Source: Rhynchobatus australiae
Lineage: Eukaryota
Length of the DNA: 64,000 nt
NCBI GenBank assembly: GCA_034780895.1
Contig: JAUZTB010000001.1
Location: forward strand, 126,438,942-126,502,941
Direction of reading: 5' to 3'
Positions 54,401-64,000 of this stretch are shown here, piece by piece (within the stretch, counting starts at the first letter, position 1; every line of letters starts with the position of its first letter). The notes beneath the pieces are model-generated. The model saw nothing but the letters and a program-made list of their open reading frames with translations. It was not told the origin of the DNA and ran no database searches. A program made the translations under genes and the position numbers.

Positions 54401-55424
54401 TGGTTCCTATATCACTTGATTTCCAAAATATCTGACAACCTCAACCTTGAGTGGGTAAGCAGTGGCACTCCTCTGCAATCTTTATCATTTACCAGAGGAT
54501 TTTCTGCAGTGAAACCATGCACCCGTCTGGGATTTAGTGTCACCTCTACTTCAGTACTTTTTGTCTGGAAACCATATTAAGCCTGATTTGGCCTGGAATC
54601 GAAGCAGAAGAAAACTACAGATGTTGGGTCAATGACCTGCAACAGTGATCTATTTCTCTCTCCATAGACACCGCCTGACTTGCCGAGTATTCCTTTGGTC
54701 TGGAAATTGTGAAACCAAACAATTGATGAATAGTTATTGGTCAAGACTACATATAATGTAATTTACTGATAATCTTCTATTTCAATTATTTATTCATTCA
54801 TTCACATTCATGACTGGGCCAGCATTTATTGCCCATCCCAAATTGCCTCTGGCATGAGTGGCAGTCCAGAGTCCATGAGATTGCTGAGGAGTTGTATACA
54901 GTCCATAGAGCCATAAGGTGCAGGAACAGGCCCTTTGTCCTACCATGTCCTTGCTATCCATCTATTACTAATTCCACTTTCCACTGCAAGTATATTACCT
55001 CCATTTCCTTGTGTTTTAATTTTGAACGCTAACCAATTATGTGAGCCTTTATCAAAGACTTGAAAATCAAAATGTACCACATTCTGTGGTTCTTCCTTAT
55101 TGATGCTTTAAGGTTACATCCTTAAAAAACTTAAGCAGTTTCGTCAAACATAATTTCCCTTTCATAAATCAATGTTGACTTTGTCTAATCTCCTTGATAT
55201 TTTCCTACAGTCCTGTTATCTTGTATCCTTTACAATAGATTCCACTATTCATTACTATTGATGTGAAACTTAATCAGCCTGTAATTCCTCATTTTTCCAT
55301 TTTTAAGTAGTGCAAGGACTATTCCCTAATTCATAAAATGTTGGGATATGGCAACTAATGCATCCACTATTTCCATGGCTACCTTTGTTAGCACTCTGCA
55401 ATGCAGATTATCAACCCTGGAAAT

Positions 55425-55560
55425 TTCAGTACTGATGAAGGGTCTCAACCCGAAACATTGACTGCTTATTTCCCTTCATAGATGCTGCCTGACCTGCTGA
55501 GTCCCCCCTGCATTTTGTGTGTGTTGCTCCAGATTCCAGCACCTGCAGAATCTCTTGTGT
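55425..55560 (+). mobile_element. Penelope-type terminus with decayed hammerhead motif
   Basis: cagtaCTGATGAagggtctcaacccGAAAcattgactg, then agatgctgcctgacctgctgag. Confidence 0.7.
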
Positions 55561-56029
55561 CAAGCCTGGAAATTGTTCCACTGTGCCACTCAAGTTTTGG
55601 ATGTGGCAACACATCCAAAAAGACTTTGAAGAAGNNNNNNNNNNNNNNNNNNNNNNNNNNNNNNNNNNNNNNNNNNNNNNNNNNNNNNNNNNNNNNNNNN
55701 NNNNNNNNNNNNNNNNNNNNNNNNNNNNNNNNNNNNNNNNNNNNNNGACATGAGACCGCAAATCAGTCAATGCAAGAGTTAGGAAGGGAAGTTGTGTGCT
55801 TAGCAGTTTGGTGGCAATGGGAAATAGGTCTCATAGGCAAGCAGAAGAGAAAGAGGGCATGAGGATAGGAGAAAAAATAGAGCAACTGGTTTAGGGCTGG
55901 AGTGTTGGGTGATGGTTGTGAATACTGAAGGAATAAATTGATGAAGCAAGTACTAAAATAGAACGTTTCTGTAGTAGCAACTAAAATGTGCAGAGAAGGA
56001 ATTTGTTACAAAGGCTGGTTGGATCTGAA

Positions 56030-56181
56030 TAGATGTGGTGGACATTAGACACATGAATGATAGAAAAATAGGGGGCTATTTGGGAGGAAAGGGTTGGATA
56101 GATCTCAGAACAGGATAAAATGTCGGCACAACATTGTGGGCCGAAGGGCCTGTACTGTGCTGTAGTGTTCTATGTTCTATG
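56030..56181 (+). mobile_element. CR1-clade LINE/SINE tail
   Basis: ggcacaacattgtgggccgaagggcctgtactgtgctgtagtgttctatgttctatg. Confidence 0.8.
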
Positions 56182-56829
56182 ATATAAGCAGAGGATGGGG
56201 TGGGGATGATAAATGATAGAAGACAAAATTAAAGTCTGACATTCTCAGGTGAAATAAAGTTGGTTTGGGTACCAAGCTGTCAATGTTCAGAAGCAGGTGT
56301 AACGGCCAAATCATTTAAAATAAAATGAAATGGATTGTGGTTAAATAACAAATGGTGCATTACAACAACAGCAGCAGATGCAGGCTTTACAACTCTCTAG
56401 TCTGCTCCAAAATCCATTCGATCATGGCTGATCTGATCTTTGGCCTTAACTCTTGTTTTCCTGCTTGATGCTCATTCCTCATTTCACATAGAGTCCAAAA
56501 ATCTATCCTGCTTTGAATACACAATGACCCAACTTCCCCATCTCCTTGCAATTCTGAAGATTCACAACACTCTGAAGAAAAAGAAGCTACATTTTAGTCA
56601 ACCTTTTCACCCTTTCATCCTGTATTTTTGTCCGCTATTTCGAGACTCCCTCGCCAGGGGAGCTGCTGAAGGAAGGGTGTACATGTTGTTGAGACTCTAT
56701 AAAACATTTGTTAATTGTACCAGCTCATGGTAAATCGACATGGACTTACAATTGACTGTAATTTCAATCACAGCAAGCCTGGACGGACCTATGGGGTTTG
56801 TGATGAACTTTTGAAGAAGGCTGTAAACT

Positions 56830-57140
56830 GAGATAAAACAAGATAAATAAGACATCTTTATTAGTCACATGTAAATCGAAACACGCAGTGAAATACATCT
56901 TTTGCATAGAGTGTTCTGTGGCAACCTGCAAGTGTCGCCACGCTTCCGGCGCCAACGTAGCATGCCCACGATTTCCTAACCTGTATGATTTTGGAATGTG
57001 GGAGGAAACTGGAGTACCCAGAGGAAACCCACGCAGACATGAAGAGAACATACAAACTCCTTACGGACAACAGCTGGAATTGAACCCAGGTCGCTGGCGC
57101 TGTAATAGTGTTATGCTAATCGCTACACTACTGTGTCTAC
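56830..57140 (-). mobile_element. V-SINE with non-CR1 (Rex1-like) 3' tail
   Basis: Minus strand: A box-like tagtgtagcgatt, B box ggttcaattcc, V-domain ggagtttgtatgttctc...gggtttcctctgggtactccagtttcctcccacattcc, tail tttcactgcgtgtttcgatttacatgtgactaataaa. Confidence 0.75.
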
Positions 57141-58957
57141 CCTAGATAAAATCCTGAAGAATCTGTTTATACAAACGCAAATAAGGTTCTTTGAACCCCA
57201 GTAGTGTGGATAGAAATAGATTTTCAAGTAAACACATCAATAATAAAGATGAAACAAATATGTCTGATTCTGTCCCCAACAGTCTTTGGAAGTGGTAAAC
57301 ATCACAACTTTGACCAAAGTAATACCCATTTTCCATCTGTTCAAAATGCTGATCAACTTTCCCCATGAAAGCATTTTTGTTGTGTTAATGGTGGAATATC
57401 AAATGTTTCTATATCTAACATTTCATGGACTTCTAACAGGCAAACAAGATGAATATGATGCAATTGAAGGAGAAGCTGCACCAAAGTGTGATGGGTATGA
57501 TTTTTGGATGATAAAACAAGCAAGTTTCTGGGCAGTTTTTGACAACTTGCAGGAAGCTACAGATAGGACTATGTCACGTCCTGAGTGATCACTAGGGAGA
57601 GTTATATCCAAAGTCATCTGCAGTTAACGGCTGAGTAATATGTAAACTGTATATGATAGCTTTCAGGAGAACTGCGGACAGAGTTGATCATCTGTACACA
57701 ATTGAGAATGTGTCTATTCAAAGTAATTGCAGGAGTGAGTCAGAGAAGTCAGAGAAGTATTCCAGGAGATGGTAACTTATCCCACTGCTGTGGTCATTAC
57801 TTGAATGCAACCAGGGTTAGCAGCATTAAGAGGTGAAGGTCATCAACCTGATTCTCTCTCTCCAGACACTGGCTGACCTGCTGAAAATTTCCAATAGCTT
57901 CTGTTTTTGATTTGACTTCCCAAGTTCATGACAGGCATCAGAATTTTTATTATAAAGAGAGATAGATTGTAACATGTCAATGATAAAGAATCTTAACGCT
58001 GCTGTAAGGCAGATATTTTCAATTCAACATTCATCTCTGAGTTATCATCATATAGATTTTTCACTATCTGGCTTGCTTTCTACAATGAGATTGTTATTGT
58101 CAGGATGAAACGACCTCAATCTCAGCCACTGGGGTTTTGGCTGCATGTCACTCATGATCAGTGAAGTGTGATAAAAATCAAGTCACTGAAGGAGAGGTGC
58201 TTGCAGATTGCATAAAACTAATCATATTGAATGCAAAGAACACTAAAGGCGTGATAAGTGATGGAATTTAACTGTTAAATACTGTGTTCAAGAAGCTTGG
58301 AGTCCCAAAATTACAATTGCATGAAGTTGTAAGGAATCTTCAGAATGATTGAGTAAAATATTATATAAAAAATATTTAAACCACTGTCAATAAATGTACT
58401 TAAAACAATCTGTGGCCTGAATATAAAAAACTATTGCAGATGGGTTTGAACATCTGTAACTAGACAATGAATACAGTGAATGAAGGCATAATTGTAAAAC
58501 AAATCACATTTGTAGGTGCATGTAAAATAGATCGTTCTGATTTATTGACCAGTTTTAGTTTTTACAAAGAGCACAGTGTGTTTCTCCTATTCTGACTCCT
58601 TCAGCTTCCTTGATTTTGCTCACACCATCGTTGGACACTCATTAAAAATCACTTCTCTGACTAATCTTTGATCACTTGATTCAAATTTTTGGTGTCAGAT
58701 TCATTTGATGGTGCTTCTATGAATCTATTTTAATGCATTTAATTTGCTATATAAATGCATGTTGTTCTTCTTTGGAACCCTTCATTCAGAAGCTTTCCCA
58801 CAAGAAGAAACTGTGTTGAAAGTGAAAGCCACACTGTCGTCTACCATGTAATTGAACAAATAATCCAGAATGATTAGGAAATGCTTTCACTGACTGGAAT
58901 ACTTAGGAGATGCCTAGTATTACAGTGCAGAGCAAGTGCTACAGTGACACAGTGCTG

Positions 58958-59285
58958 GGTGTCACTGTGATACAGCTACTAGTGCTCCTACCTCACAGCT
59001 CAAGCTACCCAGGTTCAATCCTGACCTCAGGTGGTATCTGTGTGAGGTCTGCACATTTACCCTGTGACCACGTGTGTTCTCGGGTTTCCTCCTGTATTCC
59101 AAGGACTTGCTGGATGGTAGGTTAACTGGCCACTGTATATCGCCCCAAGTGTGGAGGTAAGTGGTGGAATCAGTGGGGGAGTTGATGGGAATGCGGGGAG
59201 AATAAAATATGGAGAATCAGTGTAAATGGGTGTTTGATGGTCAGCATGGACTTGTTGGGCCAAGGACCTGTGTATTTCCTGTATG
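58958..59285 (+). mobile_element. Near full-length HE1-like V-SINE
   Basis: tRNA-like head with B box (ggttcaatcc), V-domain, CR1/HER1-like tail (gatggtcagcatggacttgttgggccaagg). Confidence 0.8.
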
Positions 59286-62200
59286 GCCCTACCTTTCCTG
59301 TAGCTCAATGTTTGAAACGTCCCTACAAGAGCACTGAAACAGATCTAATAAATCACGAATTATATCCTCCATGAAAAAGTCCTTCTGGCCCACACTGTCA
59401 GCCCTGTAAAGTTGCCCTTGTGCAGCAAAATCCACTGGAAACATCAGAAACTGCAACAGGAGTCTAGATGTTCTTCTGGCCCTAAATAGCCGTGCCAGAT
59501 TGGTACCACAGGGGCAATTCTATTGCAAATGTTCTTTCAGACCTGATGGTGCTCTCCACCAGAGAAATGACTTTCCACCTTACCAAAGGCCACTGTAACA
59601 GGTGGGAACCCCTTTTCACTGGCCTCAGGAAGCCTCTAAGCTCCTCTGCAGCCCACTGCATTCCTCAGTGAGAAGTGGTTGAATGGCCCTTTAAATAACA
59701 CAACCAATCTGTACAAGGCACCGTAAGAAGCCGGTTCCTTGGGGGGGCTTCATAATATTTTAAATCAGGGAACCAAGATCTGGTTTAATGCTCTGAACAA
59801 GTGTTGAACAACAACTGGTACGCTTACTCTCTATGCAGTGAATGTCCCGCATTCAGTGGTGTGTAATGCATGCAAAATGCCAGGTGGAAAATTTCAGGCT
59901 GTGCAGATCATGTGTTTTACTCTGCAAAATTTAAGCATGAAATCATTGCAATTCGCCAAGTTAGTGCAGAAAATGTTTGCAATGTGTCAACACATTTCCA
60001 GCCTACGTGTCTCAGGACATCGCCATTTGCTGATAGCGTATGTAATAGTGATTGTGCAGAATGCGCGGTCAACAGGCCACACAATCGATTGGATTGAATG
60101 GCAAGTTATCTATGCTGCTCGCTCTTCTGCTCTCACTCTCCTGGAGTAAGTTCCCGGAGACAGCTCTCATTTGGCAAGACACCCTCACGGCAGGGCCTCT
60201 CTGCCATAAATAGCAGGCACTGCCTTGGTCAGCTAAGTCTACCACTGCTTAATACTTGTCAAAACATGGAAAAATATTCCAAAATTAATTAAAGGTTACT
60301 ACAATAATTAAAATTACCTGAAAAAGTAAAACATTTAAGTATACACAAGCAATGAAATAAATTAAATGTATATAAGTTAAAAATTACATACATTTAAGTT
60401 GACTAAAATAATCAAACAAAAGGCTGAAATTTTTTGTGGCACAGGTTTAGCACCCCAGTGAATTCATCTCTGCAAGTTACGCCACTGTGCTGCCCAAACT
60501 GTGTCACTGTGCATTCTAATGTTGGAGCACAGCTGGACTGAAAGCAGTATGGACCTGTCAGGAACTCTGGGATTTCTGTGTTTGGATGATTGTCCCTCAG
60601 AAGGGATATGGATTCTCAATGTGGCCCTTCCCCCGAAAAGTAGTGCATTCACTGGGATATAATTGTGGAGTTCAATTGCAAACATTGCACTAGGGGGCAC
60701 TGTGCACCAGTTTGTGATAACTATCCAGTGGAAAAATCTGGTGCCAGGCTATTGCTCATAATGATCAACAGATGACAGTAGAGTGCAATTTTCATGGAAA
60801 AATATTACATATCTTTATCGTTATAAGAACAAATATATTGAACCTTATTGTATTTACTTAGAATTTAATCTGCTTAAGTATACTGACAGTATGTGAAGTC
60901 TTTGGCAAGTGGTTGGAAAAATATGCACACAAATCTCTTTCTACCAGGTGAATTTCATTATGCATTCCTATATATGCATATTTGGGAGCAATTTCAATGC
61001 ATTATTCATTTAGGTTTAGATATAGGTTACACACAGTGACTTTAGGGATTTGAGCAATATATATGTCAAATAACTATTTTAAGGTATCTCAGCTGAAATT
61101 AATTGTTGTTACAAAAATCATCATTTGACTGTAAAATTGTGAGATGGCTGGCAATGTTACTTCTCTTTGGTTGTTTGATACTGATGCTTTGGTATAGTGA
61201 ATGCCTTGTCTCTNNNNNNNNNNNNNNNNNNNNNNNNNNNNNNNNNNNNNNNNAAGCTTTATATCATTTATATTAAAATCTGGTTTCTGATAATATTTGA
61301 CTGCTCACTCTATATGTGTGTAATTCTATGACTGATTCATATCAAATCTATGTTTTTTCTTCTTTGCCAATAAAAATCAATATCTGCAAACGATGATCTT
61401 TTTGGTTTAATAAAGCATCCTGCTGTAGGTCCTTAAACTCCTTTCTTCATAATAAAATTTCTTTGCTTGTAATTATTATCTTTGTGATAATGTTGGTTTT
61501 GCAAAAAGCTTTAACAACAAAATATATATTTTCATAGAGTATAGTAAACAGTTTAAAAATAACTCTTGTTTGGCTATTGTGCTTTTTGCTTATTGTAAAT
61601 GTTTATCACTTGTTCAGACAGTTGAGCAGTAATGAGCTTCGAATGTTATTAATTCATCACGGGGAAACTAATACATGATAATGGTTATGTTGTGCTTTCA
61701 ATTCTAAACTCATTCCAATTACATTCTTCAGTGGCAATCTCTTAGGATTCACTAAAGAAATAACATTTATCTGCAAAACCAGTATTTCATGGTAATACAA
61801 TTAGTGCTTTTTTTTTCAATTTTTGAAATAATTTCCAACATGCTAAAAACTATGCATCCTCAAAAAGTTTAATATAATCAAAATATTATTTCTTTCTTTG
61901 CATGATGCAAAGAAATTAATTTTGTAAATGCAATTGAAAATTTCTGTATGTCACAAAATTACAATTATAGTAAGTTCTATTGTATTTCAAACCTAAGTAC
62001 AGATTAATCAGAGAAATATATCATTTTTAAAGTTTTCAATCGTTAATTTCATGTGAGTTATTTTGTTGTAATCCACACTGCAGTAAAGATATCTGTTTTG
62101 GTAAATTTTGCCTTAGAAACTGCACTATTCACTTCATTGATTTGAAGCTTGGTTTCAAAGATTGTTGGTGCAATATTCTTAAGGTGAGAAATTGTATGAT

Positions 62201-64000
62201 GGATGTCCTACTCTCTTTTACTTCTATACATATGGTACTAAGTAGAATGTAGAGAGCAAGGACTAAATTTCTTTGCTCCATTTCAGGTAGCTATCCTCTT
62301 CCCACTGTTTGTCTCAGAACAATAGTCTCAGAAATACTTTACTGCCAAAAAAAGTGCATTAAACTGGCACAATAAAGGGGCTTATGCCGGTTTTGTTTGC
62401 AGCACCACTTGTTCCATCAATACAGAATTGAGAGAGGATTGGCGGAGCATAGGAGGGTGGTAGTAGAGGGATTCAATACTACCCTCTCAGCGGTGGCATC
62501 AGAGTTAGGAATGCATTTAGATAGTGGTTGTATAAGTGAGCAGTTAAGATGCAGTGAGTGAGGGAGGTGATCAAAGATTGGGTTGGGGTGATGGTTTAGG
62601 AATAGGAGAAAAGACTCACTGAGACCTAGTTTGATAAGTTGAGTTCCTCTTTACTCAAGACCACAAAGTCAGGGAAGCCTTCCACTGTTCTCTTTACATC
62701 TGGGAAAAATAACCTACAGGCTAATTCACTGATCGGATAAGGCTGTGAACTAAAAGCTATGGGTAACCTTAACTAAAAACATTGGTACACAATTAACTAG
62801 ATTATTTCAGTCTTAAAATGAAGGAAATGGGTGGATTAGGAGTAAGGAACCTTTAAGTACAATTGCAGGCAGTATGATAAAACTGGCAGGTTATCATTTT
62901 ACATAGGATCATCTTTAGGTGGTAAGTGAAACACCATATTTCCTCTTACAAGCACCTTGTGCAGAATGTTAATCGTATATAAAATGTATTTGTATGACCA
63001 GCATTGTTATTGCATTTTAAGAGATTTTGAGTTCCAAGAGTCCTTTTTTTGAACAACCAACTTCTGTCATTTTTCATTTGTGTTTTCATCACTCATGAGT
63101 TGCTGACCTTTAACAATGATAAAAGGGATATTTGTAATTCAATAAGCCTTTTTTAATCTTGTGTTTGTATTGCAATCCCAACCGTTGTTGCATCGCCAGC
63201 GGAATAATGCGGCTTCATAAAGGCATAGCTATGCAAGGAGATATAATCTATACTAATATGAGCAGAGAATTGCTGGATGGTAAACGTATGAAAGAGGAAT
63301 TACAGTGATGTTTTCTGCATTGGCCTTCATCAAAGTATTAATGAACATATTTTCTGGTCAGAGTTGCTCCTGTATCAATGTTTCATGTGTTTTGACCAAA
63401 GGATATACTCATCACTCTGTACTCCCAGCAAGGAACAGAGCAGGAATACGGATGCCAGAGCAAGGCTACTGTATCATGGTTGTGACTGTCAGTGTCAAGA
63501 AATTGATACAGCACAGAAAGAGGCCATCCGGCACATTGAGTCAAAGCAAGCACTTGGAATTCCTCAAAGGTGTGACAGCACACAGTCAACAACTGATTGA
63601 TAATCAAACAAAGCACAGATGCAGAAATCTGAAAAGAAAACAAAAATAATTCAATTGAAAATTAAGTTGCTTTCTCTCTTTCCCAGTTTTGATGAAGGGT
63701 CTTTGACTTGGAGTATTAACTCTGTTTCTCTTTCCACAGACATGCTAAGTGTTTCCACAAATTTTATTCCACAAAGTTAACAGTTGGCCATTAAAATTTT
63801 TGGTTTAATTTTCCTCAAAATGAATCCAATTCTTTTAAAGTGGTTGCGATTGTGGTAGCTTCTTTGGAGTACATAACTCATGCCACATGGGAACTTGTAT
63901 GGGACCAGCAGCAGTTATAAAATAAAATCTCTAAATATTCTCGTGAAGGGTCTCTCCACAAATAATAAACTGTCATGTTTTAGCACAGAGTTCAGGTGAT

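Noticed and set aside
57286-57588. 100-aa plus-strand ORF, or a possible 55-nt exon at 57440-57494
   Set aside because: No recognisable homology, a weak polypyrimidine tract and no partner exons.
58958-59035. tRNA gene
   Set aside because: The A/B-box-like head continues directly into a V-domain and LINE-like tail, so it is a SINE; no intact cloverleaf is evident.

Overview
This is eukaryotic, AT-rich, CpG-depleted vertebrate DNA from a gapped draft assembly. The repeat content (HER1/CR1-type LINEs, HE1-type V-SINEs, Rex1/Babar, RTE, L2, Penelope-type termini) points to a cartilaginous fish, probably a ray/batoid (inference). The window carries most of one protein-coding gene on the minus strand: GALC (galactosylceramidase, glycoside hydrolase family 59). 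I read 15 of the 17 expected exons by hand (2-12 and 14-17, from 48432 down to the stop at 2896). All have GT/AG boundaries and consistent phases, and both catalytic glutamates are present (IWNE, WSSED). Exon 13 is absent and probably lies in an N-gap; exon 1 is not visible. Almost all ORFs in the supplied track are spurious or transposon-derived. There is no prokaryotic-type system such as a CRISPR array or operon. The most interesting non-coding signals are: a ~104-bp-arm intronic hairpin with a template-switch signature (15095-15321); a family of Penelope-type termini carrying minimal hammerhead-ribozyme motifs (best copy 45682-45719); a CpG-rich 39-bp minisatellite with open frames on both strands near the expected 5' end of GALC; a ~125-bp direct repeat bracketing exons 8-9; a U12-like donor on intron 10; and a V-SINE with a Rex1-like tail. 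Repeat boundaries are approximate and repeat-family names come from recognition, not from a database search.
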